Assembly (NCBI GenBank): GCA_951406725.2
Contig: OX597820.1
Location: 65,286,001-65,350,000 of the forward strand
Direction: 5' to 3'
DNA length: 64,000 nucleotides
From: Octopus vulgaris
Lineage: Eukaryota
Shown here: piece after piece, positions 1 through 13,605 of the stretch
How positions within the stretch are numbered: position 1 is the first letter of the stretch
Layout: every line of letters begins with the position of its first letter
Translations under genes and position numbers: made by a program
The notes under the pieces: model-generated
The model's database searches: none
Told to the model about the DNA's origin: nothing
The model's input: only the letters and a program-made list of their open reading frames with translations

Positions 1-331
1 TATCTATGCTTAACATACAAAGTAGAGAGACAGTGAGAGCAATCCAATCGATACTACTACTTGACTGATACTTGAGCAGCCGTCCTCAATTAATTATTGT
101 GTGTCCAGCATATCTTTCTAGACAATACTAACGATTTTGTGATGTAAATGTTATATTTTATGGGTGTCGCAAGTAACTTACTAAAGCCGACGACAGATTG
201 CGTAGATTTTATTATTTTCTATTAATTCTGATTTATATATAAACAATTTATAAATTTTAAGAGTTTAGCATATTATGACAGTCGATTTAAATATTTATAG
301 ATCGATGCATTATTTTTTTATATTTGTGTGT

Positions 332-380
<49 letters not shown>

Positions 381-429
381 TAATAATAATAATAATAATT
401 ATATATGTTTCTTTTCAAAATATAAATTT

Positions 430-850
430 TTTTTTTAATATTCCGTTGTTCCTGCGTTGAATATATTTCGGATGGTCGTTTCGTGTCTCGAAAATTTTAT
501 AGTTTAGTCAATATACTTTCCAGAGATAGATTTTCGGTGAGTGTTCTTCTTTATCGTGAGCTCAACTCCGGGAAGCGACCAAAAAATAAGCCCTGAAGGA
601 ACATCTGAAGAAGCTAGATATGAACAAAAGTGATTGGGAAACTGATGCTTTGGACCGGAATAAGTGGAGAGGTGCTGTTAGGACTGTTTGCAAATGATGA
701 GAGGAAAAGATTATTCAGTGCTCTGAGCTCAAAAGGGCCTGTCGGAAAAGAAGAATTGGAACCGAAATCAACAGTGAATACTGGAAATGTATTATGTTCG
801 ATCAAAGGCAGGATACCTGAATCGTATGAAGTCACATGAAAATCGAAATG
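430..850 (+). mobile_element. Decayed RTE/BovB-like LINE 3' fragment
   Basis: Manual translation across stops gives ...ELNSGKRP.. / LDMNKSDWETDALDRNKWRGAV..EEK..ELKRACRK..C..SKAGYLNRMKSH. This resembles the RTE ORF2 C-terminus (WE..A.DR..WR plus terminal zinc-finger remnant). Confidence 0.55.
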
Positions 851-1159
851 CCTAGGTAGGTAATAATTTTGAATCACCAACCGCTTCTATAAGACAATAT
901 CTGAATTTAAAAGACATATGTTCGTTCGCAAAAACATTCCTTCTGAATCAGATTCCAAAGGGTAAAGATGTAGAAGGAACTTGAATTTTAGACTCTGTCA
1001 GCAACAAGCTGGTTTTAAAAGTCGTCCGAGGGCTCATTAACGGAGGGATCGTAGTGTGTGATGGTGGGGGGTTGTATGTGTGTGTGTATTGACGGGACGG
1101 CTATCATCTGTCAAAATGAAGCAATCATCATATATACATACATATATATACACACACAC

Positions 1160-1941
1160 AGCCTTTGGAATTTCATCCTCGCTGTACGTGACCGAGTATT
1201 ATCCTGGTGGAATAACACCTTTCGTCTTGAAACCAAAGATGGTCGTTTTCTTCTAGCGCTGAGTAAAGCCGTTTAAGTTGCTCGCAGCAGATCTTTGTTA
1301 TCGTTGGGTTTGGGTTTAAATGTTCAAAATGGTCTAAACCTTTCATATCTCACCAAACAGATAACATCACACGTGGGTGATGACCTTCTTTACCCTGGGG
1401 TGCCGGTATTTCTCCTCTCCCTAGCCACTGTCTTCGGCGCTTGACATTTTTATAGAGAAACCATTTCTCGTTACTAATCACAATTCGATCCAAAAAAGGT
1501 GCATTCGTGAGACGTGACAACAAAAAAGAGTACACATTCACTCTACGTGTAGATTTGACCCAATTTGCTGACATTTCTGATGGCACACAGGTGTTGACGA
1601 ATGGTTGAACGACCAAATCCAAGCTTTTCCGCTAGTTCTTCAACAGTTACGATGGAATTTTGTTCCACCAGGTTTTGCAGGATCTTCTCGTCGAGCTCTA
1701 CAGATCTTCCAGAACGGGGCTTGTCTTCTACGCTGAATATGCTCCTTTGTCACTTCTATTATAGCTTTGTAAAAATAACTGTTAAAATCGAACTGCACTC
1801 TTCAAAATTTGCACTAAGAATAAGTACAAGGTAAAATTACTACATGACTTTATAGCAAGTTGATGCAGGTAGTTTATCCCGTCCCCCTCCCGCTTTTAGT
1901 TCTTGCAATTGAGAAAACAGCATTATTTATGGGATGACCCA

Positions 1942-1942
<1 letters not shown>
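1160..1942 (-). mobile_element. Decayed mariner (DD34D) transposon with one TIR
   Basis: ORF 1350-1622 reads FLDRIVISNEKWFLYKN..KRRRQW..HPRVMLSVW, continuing to KVLFHQDN. A mariner-type TIR (TA|TTGGGTCATCCCATAAATAATG) starts at ~1942 next to (TA)n. Confidence 0.8.
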
Positions 1943-2550
<608 letters not shown>

Positions 2551-3371
2551 AGCTAACAGCTGTCAATGTCTATTGGTATTTCGGGTCTTAATCCACCAGT
2601 GGAATTGGGGTAATTGATTGATACGATCATATTTGTAGGAAAAGCGTGGATAGAAAACTCAAGAGGATTACATTTCTAGAAGTATATTCTCTTCTGTCGC
2701 CCACTTCGTACTCAATGACCTTCAATTAGAGGATATGTTAATCACTGTCCCGTCGTTACTGGCTTGTGATACAAGGGGCTGCTGATCCTTTTACGTATGC
2801 AATGGCGGCAGTCGTTTCTCCGTCATCATTCCTTAAAGCGTGACCACTAAGTAAATCCATGTGGGATTTTCAATCTTTCCATCTTGTTTTAAGGGGCCTG
2901 TGATACGCTACAATCAGCTGATTAAATCGACGCCAGCATTTGACTTACAATTTATAATAGAATTAACATTAAACTAAGTTATAGATGAAAAACTTAGTAT
3001 CAAACAAGTCATCTAAATTAACCGAGGCTAGCTAAATAGAAATGCATGACCGCGTTGCATATTTAGTCATGCAATATGTATACTGAAACGATTATGTACG
3101 AGACAGAAGTCATTTCCACTAAATTGAGTCTGCTCTATTTTATTGACTAAGGAAGAATGAAAAGTAGTGCTGATTTTGGCAAAATATGAAGTCAGACATA
3201 AAACCAGAATTCAATACCACGTATCATTTCATCCGGCGCTCTAAAAGCTATGCGAATGGTTCACATATTCAGTAGGACGGACAGAGATAATTGCTTCATG
3301 CAGGCAGTTTGAATTGAAATTCAACAGAGATGGAGTAATAGAAATATAACTATTGGTCCTGGCGAATCTCT

Positions 3372-3779
3372 CTCTTTACTCTTTTACTCTTTTACTTGTT
3401 TCAGTCAGTTGACTGCGGCCATGCTGGAGCACCGCCTTTAGTCGAGCAAATCGACCCCGGGACTTATTCTTTGTAAGCCCAGTACTTATTCTATCGGTCT
3501 CTTTTGCCGAACCGCTAAGTGACGGGGACATAAACACACCAGCATCGGTTGTCAAGCAATGCGAGGGACAAACACAGACACACAAACATACACGCACATA
3601 TATATATATATATATATACATATATACGACGGGCTTCTTTTCAGTTTCCGTCTACCAAATCCACTCACAAGGCTTTGGTCGGCCCGAGGCTATAGTAGAA
3701 GACGACTTGCCCAAGATGCCACGTAGTGGGACTGAACCCGGAACCATGTGGTTGGTAGGCAAGCTACTTACCACACAGC
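3372..3779 (-). mobile_element. tRNA-derived SINE family A (octopus OR-type), near full length
   Basis: A box GGCTGTGTGG, B box GGTTCAGTCCC, CORE-like CTTGGGCAAG, internal (TA)n(TG)n, and 3' GGTGCTCCAGCATGGCCGCAGTC..GACTGAAACAAG(TAAAAGAG)n. Many copies occur in the window. Confidence 0.85.
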
Positions 3780-3845
3780 GCCTTTTGGAATGGGTACAGA
3801 ATTAACTTATTTTTTAATGTTGGAGTAAAAGCTGTTGCACTAGTA

Positions 3846-4096
3846 TAGGCAAAGACATGGCTGTGTGGTAAGTAACTTGCTTCCAAACCACATGGTTCCA
3901 TATTCAGTCCCATTGCGTAGCACCTTCCGCAAGTGTCTTCTATTATAGCTTTGGGCTGACTTAAGCCCTGTACGTGGATTTGGTAAAACGGAAATTGAAA
4001 GAAGCCCGTCGTATATGTGTATGTGGCTGTGTGGATGTGTGTACGGGTACGTATGTGTGTGCGTGTGCATGTGTGTGTGTCTGTGTGTGTGTGTGC

Positions 4097-4153
<57 letters not shown>

Positions 4154-4361
4154 TGTGTGTGTGTGTGTGTCTTTGTGTCGGTTTCTGTCCACCACAACGC
4201 ATGACAACCAGTTTTGGTGTGTTTACGTCCCTATAACTAAGAAATTCGGCAAAAGAGACGGATAGAATAAGTACCAGGCTTAACAAAAAAAAAGGAGTGG
4301 ATTCGATTCATTGTTCAAGGTTGTACCCCAGCATGGCCGCAGTCTAATGGCTGACAGATAG
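3846..4361 (+). mobile_element. SINE family A, diverged copy, head-to-head with the previous copy
   Basis: Same head, expanded internal (TG)n, same 3' CCAGCATGGCCGCAGTC. Confidence 0.8.
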
Positions 4362-5292
4362 TACAAACAGACACATAAATATGACAGTGCTAGCACACAC
4401 ACCTACGCACACGCACACACACAGAGGAAACATGGCGCCTTTGAGCCAGCAGCGTTGGCAATTGCTTCATAGCCAATCAATCGATTGGTGTTCGCTTTGA
4501 TTTGGTTAAAAAATGTATGTATGGTTGGCTGGACGATGATGTCTATATACATATATGCCTGTGTATGCAGACATCTGTATGTATATATATATATGTGTGC
4601 ACGTATGTTGAAAATTCTGAATGGTTGATGAAATACAAAAAAGAATATATTGTTTTAGAGAACAATTCTCCAAAAGCCGTTGTTTACCTAAACTAGGTTC
4701 ACCTGTAAACATGTGATTGTATTACGCCATTGAATTGCTTTCTCACTCTTACTTCCTGCCTTCCACTTCGCATTAAGCTTTCTCTTACTTCTTCCACAGA
4801 CTCTCCCTTTATTCATACTACTCTCTGTTGTCTCATGTTCTCGTTATTGTTATTAATCTCATCTTCCCTCTGACCTCTACTCTCTGCTTTCATTATTCAT
4901 TCGTCTTCATCCGCAAACAGACAATAATTGAGCGGCAATGCATACACACTCATGTATGCGTAACATATACATATACATCTATACTCACATGCACTCACAT
5001 AAATGTACACGGACACACACATACACACACACACACACACACATACACATACACACGCATAAAACCTGCCTACAGGTAGTTATACAGACATACATAAATA
5101 CATATTTATGTTTACATATATGTACGCATATATGTACACACACTCGCTCATACGAGCACGCACGCACATCCACATACATGCACACATACAAACATATACA
5201 GAGATACAATTATAGATACATACACATTAATACATAAGTAAATATGAGAGTGATAGTAACTATCAAATATCGAATACCAGGCGTACAGGCAA

Positions 5293-5329
<37 letters not shown>

Positions 5330-5376
5330 GCATGTATGTATGTATGTATGTATGTATGTATGTATGTATGTATGTA

Positions 5377-5576
5377 TATGAAGAAAAAATAGTCAAGATA
5401 GAAAATGCTGAAATAATTTTATAAAATACATTTCAGTACCGGTTTCAGTCATTGAGACTTTTTCAACTGTAAGTATGGAAAACAATTAAATTTTGGAAAA
5501 ATTAAAAATAAAAAGCTTTTTTAAAAAACTATTTGCAGGGTGTTCAAATACATGTGGCATTTTCTTTGTTACTGCC

Positions 5577-5652
<76 letters not shown>

Positions 5653-5994
5653 AGAAGTGGCATTTTACTTGTTTCTGCCTGTTTAATCTCTTTTGTTTAT
5701 TCTTGTGGGTTAGATCTGGAAACCACAAGAGTAAACAAGAGAGAGAGAGAGAAACAGGCAAAAACAAGGAAAATGCCACTTGTATTTGAACACTATACAA
5801 ATATTATTTTGAAAAAAACAACTTTTCTTTTAATTTTTCCAAAATTTAATTGTTTTCCATACTTACATTTGCAAAAATCTCAATCACTGAAACCGGTACT
5901 GAAATGTATTTTATAAAATTATTTTAGCATTTTCTATCTTGACTTTTTCCTTATATATCAACTCGTGTGTTCCTTTTCAACCTTCTACATATTG
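5377..5994. mobile_element. Fold-back non-autonomous PLE (Neptune-related) remnant with an HHR in each arm
   Basis: Imperfect inverted arms around AGATCT (~5712-5717). HHR at 5434-5469 (-): CAG-TTGAAAA-AGTC tcaat GACT-GAAA-CCGG-TA-CTG. A degenerate copy lies at ~5866-5901 (+). Right-only extension at 5958-5994. Flanked by (TATG)n and (TA)n. Confidence 0.75.
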
Positions 5995-6010
5995 TATATA
6001 TATATATATA

Positions 6011-6180
6011 TCAACAATTGAGGGTAAAATTAATTAATCAATTTCACCAAGTGTTCAGTATGTAAAAGGACCATTTAAGGCGAATTCAAAATATTACATT
6101 ATATAATTAGGGCTTAGTAAAATAAATTACTCTACTAAGTTCAGTATGTGGCAAAGTAATTTATTTTACTAAGCCCTAAT

Positions 6181-6188
<8 letters not shown>
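6011..6188. repeat. Small fold-back element in (TA)n with a perfect 34-bp inverted repeat
   Basis: 6098-6131 is the exact reverse complement of 6155-6188. Homologous to 58433-58775. Confidence 0.8.
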
Positions 6189-6219
<31 letters not shown>

Positions 6220-6868
6220 GTGGTAATACGTGAATACCTGTATCGCTCAAAAACAAAAGTCAAAAATACTTCATTGCCACGGAAAAGTCACAAAATTAAA
6301 ACAAGCATGATAGGAAAGAATTTCAGTGAGCAATATAATCGTCTTATCTCTGCTAAGTCAGCAAAGTAATGCTGGTTAGTTTGATAGCATAATTTCGAAT
6401 TTAGCGCCAAACCTGCCAGCCAACGTATATATGCATACGTTTATACATATATATATTTCATACATAATTACAGGCAGATAAATAAATTCAAACACGCTTC
6501 AAAAGAAATACCCATACATACAGACACAATAAACAGTGATATATTACCAGTAACATACATACATACATTCTCAGATCAACATTTGCACACATGCAGCCTT
6601 ATACTCACATATATACACCCATAGGCGTATGTATTTCTGTATGAAAGCATAGATATGCGGAGAATAAAAATATAACATTAATGGTTTCTCCGTCGCTTTC
6701 GGCGATATGTGATCCAGGTGCATCATTAATTAGCCTAATGATAATTTCTCAATCTAAACATAATCTTCTTGTGAAATAATGAGTGATGGAGTTTTTGAGG
6801 TATCCAGGCCGTTGAGTTACAGGTAGAATCCATTCGACTGGCTTACAGTATTCGTCTATCCAGCCGCA

Positions 6869-7197
6869 TAGTGAGGGCGCGTGGCTTAGTGGTTAGGGCA
6901 TTCGGTTCATGATCGTAAGGTTGTGAGTTCGATTTTCGGCGACGCGTTGTGTCCTTGAGCAAGACACTTTATTTCACGTTGCTCCAGTCCACTCAGCTGG
7001 CAAAAATGAGTTGTACTTGTATTTCAAAGGGTCAGCCTTGTCACTCTCTGTGTCACGCTGATTATCCCCCAGAACTACGTTAAGGGTACACGTGTCTGTG
7101 GAATGCTCAGCCATTTGCACGTTAATTTAACGACCAAGCTGTTCCGTTGATCGTATCAGCTGGGACCCTCGTCGTCGTAACCGGCGGAGTCTTTAAG
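6869..7197 (+). mobile_element. tRNA-derived SINE family C with an 11-bp target-site duplication
   Basis: A box TGGCTTAGTGG, B box GAGTTCGAT, then GTGTCCTTGAGCAAGACACTT. The TSD ATCCAGCCGCA is at 6858-6868 and 7198-7208. Confidence 0.8.
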
Positions 7198-7599
7198 ATC
7201 CAGCCGCAAAAAAGACCTGCGTTGGTTCGATACTCTGGTGAAAATTACATGTGCAAGATGCTATGCAGTAACATCGAACCTAGGATCTTATGATTACGAA
7301 GCGAACATCTTAACCATGTAGCCATACCTGCACTCTGTAAAAGGAAAGCATATATACATCATGCATGTATATACAGTCATGCATACAGATATACTCATAC
7401 ACAAATACATGCATACATATATATATAAACACTGCTCCTATTCTCAAGGCTCAGCATGTGTAAAATAGGGATTAAATAATTTAATCGTGGCTAACTACAC
7501 CTGTAGAAATACTAGCATGTGTCCCCTTAAACTATTATGCAATGATGTGTATAAAATAAAATTAAACAACGTTCATTCAAATATATTTCGCCTTTTATT

Positions 7600-9130
7600 C
7601 CAAACCGTGCATAGTGAGTCATGGTCAAGATCGCTTGGAAGGTCCATGATTTTTTACGAGAATTCAAACCTGTAATAGCAACAAAGATCGGAGGGCACAC
7701 TCATACAGTTAGTTTAAGAGGAGGTAAAAATAATATATTGGACAACTGACAGAGTATATCATAGAATCCATTCCTCTCGTTGCAGTACAACTGCCAAATG
7801 TAATGGTGAGGACGTACGAACGGTCGAATTTGTGAAGTACCAATAGAAATACATCAGCAGAATTACAAACCAAGTTTATGTTGAGTGAAAAGTCCACTTT
7901 TGTATTTATGGAATGTATTTAAATCGCTTAGTCTTTCTGGTGCATTTACTATTCTCTATTTCATGGTGTAAAGCCTTCACACGAAAAGCTGCCTTACCAC
8001 AAGCCTAGTGAGCACACTTTCTCTAGAACACGAAGTGTGATAAGTGCAGGAGAACAAGAATATGCGACAAAGCTGAATGTACGACATTTAGAGGTACAAT
8101 GTATTCTTTTCTCAGACATTTTCATGTACAATGTCTTGTCTGGATGTATAATGCATTATCGTAGCGAACAAGAACTGTTTGTGTGGGATTAACCCGGTCA
8201 CATCCGAAAATCTTACTTAGCCAGGATCAAATTGAGCTCCTCTACCTGGAAATGCTAATCATCACAAAACAGGTGCAACATTATATAAGGACTTCTCTAC
8301 CTTCAAAGGCCCTGATGATGCAGCGTTCTAAATAGTACACCTCAAAATGCGTCTCGTCGATAAAGATAACCAGAAAACATGGATTTGGAGAAAAAAGTAT
8401 CAATCAGCGTTTGTTCACAGTTTATATATAAAATATCAGCGTGATCTATTTTCACCGTACGTCAGTTGATATTCTAGGATCGCAGGGCAGTTGGAAATAG
8501 AAGCTGTTTTAACATGACTTGCACGGGAAAATTGGTACAGAAATGTCGGAACTCACAATGGACGTGGTTTTACTTATGATTGAAGGAAAGTTCTATTTGA
8601 TCGATGGAACCAAAGTAGTAGCAGCCACATCCTGATTTATAAATTGTTGAATTGGTAAAATAAGCAAGTACTCAGGAGGAACTGGTGCACTTCGATGAAA
8701 ATGGAATTTGGTGCTGCCATCCATGAATCCCGAATACTAGTTAGTTCTTGAAAAATGATCAACTTATTAAAAGAGGAACCAGGTAAAATATCCTGCTTTA
8801 ATGCATATGAAGGAATAGTATGTGTTGTTTCATCATCGTATTGTGTCACTATCTGCCATACCAGAAAAAGTTACCCTTACCACAGCAATCTTTGGGATAG
8901 CATACACACAGCAGAGCAAAGGGCGCACGCTATATTCCAAAAGCAAGGTACTTTTACACGTAATTTATGATTCAATGACTTGCTTCAACAACAAGTCTAA
9001 TGGTTAATTTGATGCGGCAAACTGATCTAAGGTTAACTCATTGAATTGTCACGCATCACAAGCACAATTTCCAACGCATTTATCATGGCCTTGCAAAAAC
9101 AACAGAAGCAGTCTGCACTTATTCGGAGAA
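7600..9130 (+). mobile_element. Heavily decayed Helitron Rep/helicase relic
   Basis: Frame-hopping peptides NPFLSLQYNC..EDVRTVEFVKY.KY, FHGVKPSHEKLPYHKP, GKFYLIDG and RAQFP..L match, in order, Helitron motifs (PYNP.L..KYNCHINVE..VKYL.KY, IH.R.P.V.RL.VHLP, FFIDG, RRQFP.RL). Confidence 0.55.
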
Positions 9131-11124
9131 TAAAAGTACCCCTGTTTGCTCTATAGATCTCCTTATTTTTAATCTCTATTTTTTGTTTAAAAAAATAACT
9201 TCTTTCGAAATCTTCAAAGCCTAAACGGTTCTACCATATTGGGATTTGTGCCTTTGCTCCCTAAGATGATGCCATCTTGATTAACTTTTTAACGAATATT
9301 TGTATAAATAAAAAATTTAAATAACAAAGAGCAATTTTTTTATTGTTATGTTTCGGGACGGTCATTTTTTTTAGCTAAACAAAGACAAGCACTAAATATT
9401 AGTTCTTCTCTTCTGGTTTATTACTTTAGTGTCCTTTGTTGAAATCTTTTGTCACATATCTTGTAACCTCTTCAGCAACTTTCATTCCCACTTGTCTCCT
9501 CCTGTTCGATCTCATTTTTTTTTCGCTCTAGGGTAAATGAACGGAAAACGCAGATGTTCTAAAACATTTATGGGTATAAATACTTTTTTTAAAAAATCTG
9601 TTCGAAAGAACATTGCGGTAAAAATCCTTCCTCTTCTTCTTCTCTATTTCCAACATGTTCAACCATTTCAACGAAAACGCAGCAATTACCGCCGCCACTA
9701 GCAACAACAACAAAAATGATATTACTACTATTACAGATATTGTTACTACTACTACTACTACAACTACTACTACTACTACCACCGATGCTGCTGATGAGAA
9801 CATCTACAACATCAATAATATTAACTACTACAACAGTAGCTGCAAGAGCGGCAGCAACAACAAAAATATCAACAACAACAACAATAATAATGATAATGAA
9901 TTAACTGGTAAGATTTTCAATGTAAATTGATATCAGACATTATAAGCACCAATTTGAAACAGAAAAGAGAAACAAGCCCACTAGGACAGTTGCCATAATG
10001 GTTTGTACGTATGCAGAGGGGGGGGCGTGAGAGAGAGAGAGAGAGAGAGAGAGAGTAAGAAAATAAGACGGTGTGTGTATCTGTGAAGAGAGAGAGAGAG
10101 AGAGAGAAAGAGATGGATAAATAGATTGTAGGAAATTATGGCAAATTGCTCAGTGAATAGCGGACACAGAACTAATCTAAAAGAATAGTAATTCTTATAT
10201 AGGATCAAGAACTCGTATTTAAAGATGAAAAGAAATGGCAAGTCTTGATATTTATTCCTTTCTTAGTCTCAGAGCTATGAGGAATGTAAGTGAAGTGAAG
10301 TGACTTCAAATGGAGATCAAATATGGTTGAGATCTCTGCTCGAAGCAAACATACACCCACTCTCTAACTCTCTTTCTCTCCCCTCTTTCTTTTTTCTTTC
10401 TTTCTTTCCCGATCTCTTTCTGTGTCTTTGTGTTCTGTAATAGAATATTAAAACTGTTGTACAGGAGGACTGACACTGTTAATTAAAATCTACACATCCC
10501 CACTCTTGTATGATTTAGTCCTGTCTCCTGCAAGCACTAACTAATTTCGCCCTATTTGGATGTTCAAACGCCTCACCTTATTCATTCGCTATTATTCCTA
10601 GCGTTCAAATACTTCTTTCTACCTTCTTTCTCTTTCCTGTATAATTAGAAACAAGTATATTTAGACCAGCATGTATAATCTAGTTGCTTCACCGTACTTA
10701 ATACACCTCGTGTATTGTGTTGGAATGGAAAGAAATATTCCCACCCTTCTCCCAACCGTTATGACTTATTTAATAATTATAAACATGCGCGTTTGAACTT
10801 GCATCCCACATTTTATAGCACAGCATCAATTCAAGCCAATATGGAATCCTCTGCGTAGTTACTCAGCTTAATTAGAAATAGCAACCTGTCGATGACATCA
10901 ACTCTCTTTAACAAGAGCAAGGACACATGTGTAAAGTAGTTCTAGATAGACTGCGCCAGAAACTAAAGTAGGAACAGATTGTCACAGCTAGAAAGTCTAT
11001 GATCATTGGTCTGCCTGCCCTATCAGGGCTGAACTAAAGTAAAAACAAAAATGATGTGGTCAACAAGAACAGAAACCGTAGCAAAATGTGTTGCTGTGGA
11101 ATGAAAGATATCCTGCATCCATCG

Positions 11125-11461
<337 letters not shown>

Positions 11462-11499
11462 TTATATATATATACACACACATATATATATATACACAC

Positions 11500-11552
<53 letters not shown>

Positions 11553-12487
11553 CACACATACATGATATATGTATATATATTGATTATCTAATAAGCTAGA
11601 GTACTTGTGTAGAGTCAAGCCGACTTCAAATCGAACAGACCTATGATCAAAAGCATTTATGACTTCATCATCTTGTTATATTTTTGTCCCCTTTTACTAA
11701 TCGTCGACATTTTCCAACTGTGTGAAATCCGGAATCTGAAGAAATTGATAGATTTTCGCTCCTCATCGCAATTGAAATTATCGATATTCTACAAACATAT
11801 TATCGAATGTTTGGGAGAGAGAGGGAGGAAGATTTGGTTTCTACTTGTGACGAGTCGAATATTCGCGTGCTCGCATTCTTGTGCTTTTTTTTTTATTATC
11901 CGTAATGAGTATTGCGCACGAGTTTGAAGTTACAGCTTACACATGCACATCAATAAGTTGTTGTATTAGTTGCTGTTACTGTTTTGAAATTCATACAGAC
12001 GCAATCATAGAAACTAGTGTTTCTCTACCATTTTTCGTTTTTTGCTATGTACCCATTTGATTCCGATTTTACACGGATGGACCTTCATAAGCATTCTGTT
12101 TTGAAACTATCATGCTGTATTTTTATGACGGAATTCTGATAGGAATCGTAGAAAATATGTTTTGTGTATAGTAGACGTATAACCAATTTATTGCATACAA
12201 ATTTTAACAACAAAATCTAATGCGAACTCCTAAAAGCCATGTGGACCACCGTTGAGAAAGAACCAATGGTGTAAACCAATGCGATAAGACATTCCAGCCT
12301 TGACCATCTCGTATTTCCTTTATTGTGTACCGTGTATATCTTACTGGTGAGCGAAAAAGTTATCTTACATAGCAATAGATATTTCGATCATGCCTGACGT
12401 GTAAAATTATGAACAAATCTTCCCACGTGTCAACTCCGTTCGATTCTCGTCTCTTCTGTATAGCATAAACTTCTCCTTCGTTTAATA

Positions 12488-12678
12488 CAGTTCTATATTT
12501 AACAAATGTGGAATTATGTACATTATTTACATTATTTACATTCCACGGATATTTGCCTCTCATCTTGATGGTTGTTATCACAACATTTCGGCTGATATAC
12601 CCTCCAGCCTTCTTCAGGTGTCTTGGGGAAATTTCGAATCTGGATTCTCATTCCTAAGGATTTTTTTCGATGTTATAA

Positions 12679-12739
<61 letters not shown>

Positions 12740-13067
12740 GTCGTTGTTATTGTTCAGGTCACTGCTTGGAATCGGACTTAGAATCTTGTGGTTAATAACG
12801 CGCGTTGTTAACTACTACGCCCACGGGTATATGGCGTAGTGGTTACGTGCGTGGACTACTAACCCCAAAATTCCGAGTTCGATACCAGGCAGTGACCTGA
12901 ACAATAATAATACTAATAACATCGAAAATACCCTAGGAATGAGGACCCACGTTCGAAATTTCCCCAAGACACCTGATGAAGGCTGGAGTGTATATCAGCC
13001 GAAACGTTTTGTTAACAACAGACAAGATGAGGACAAATATCCGTCGAATGTAAATAATGTAAATAAT
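12488..13067. mobile_element. Head-to-head fold-back of a tRNA-headed, hammerhead-containing SINE
   Basis: Right arm 12819-13067: A box TGGCGTAGTGG, B box GAGTTCGATACC, (AAT)n, HHR at 12969-13012, (AATGTAAAT)n. Left arm 12522-12821 is its reverse complement, with HHR at 12578-12621 (-). Left-only extension at 12488-12521. Confidence 0.85.
12969..13012 (+). ncRNA. Minimal type-I hammerhead ribozyme
   Basis: ACAC-CTGATGA-a-GGCTG gagtgtatat CAGCC-GAAA-CG-TT-TTGT. The left-arm copy reads CTGAAGA..GAAA-TG-TT-GTG. Confidence 0.75.
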
Positions 13068-13212
13068 TTTCGCTTTCGTTCCTAATTCTTCAGTGGCATT
13101 TTATTGATTCAATTTTTGAGAATTTATGAAATTTACATTTTTGAAATAGTTCAAACGATTAGAAATTTTTAGCTATTTTATTATGTAGCAGAAAGAAGGA
13201 ACATTGATATCA

Positions 13213-13603
13213 AATTTTGGCACAAGGCCAGCAATTTTGGAGGAGAAGGTGGGTCGTTCAAAACGATCCCAGGGTTCAACGGGTGCTTATTTGATCGATT
13301 CCTGAAAGGATAAAAGACAAAGTTGACCTCGGCGGAATCTGAACTCAGAAACTAAAGACGGATGAAATGCCACTAAGCATTTTACCTGAACTGGTAACGA
13401 TTCTGCCACCTTAAAGGGAGAACAAACATTGGCTTCAAAGTTTGGCACAAGGCCAGCAAGTTCGGAGGAGGAAAGTAAGTCGGTTACATCGACTCCAGTG
13501 CTCAACTGGTGCTCATTTCATCGATTCCTGAAAGGATAAAAGGTAAAGACGGACGAATACCGTTAAGCACTTTGTCCGGTGTGCTAACGATCCTGCCAGC
13601 TTG
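13213..13603 (-). mobile_element. Cluster of SINE family B fragments
   Basis: Repeated TTTGGCACAAGGCCAGCAA..ATCGATTCCTGAAAGGATAAAAG, the reverse complement of the family B body. Confidence 0.7.
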
Positions 13604-13605
13604 CA

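Noticed and set aside
6098-6188. Pistol ribozyme or telomeric seed (TTAGGG / AAGCCCTAA)
   Set aside because: TTAGGG is just the mirror arm of CCCTAA. The other pistol elements are absent and there is only one hexamer per arm.
9528-9930. Thr/Asn/Val-rich ORFs as host exons
   Set aside because: They are translations of (ACT)n/(AAC)n trinucleotide repeats, with no domain or splice evidence.
12825-12895. Functional tRNA gene (also 6873-6945 and 42283-42355)
   Set aside because: No intact acceptor stem, and each continues into a repeated SINE body.
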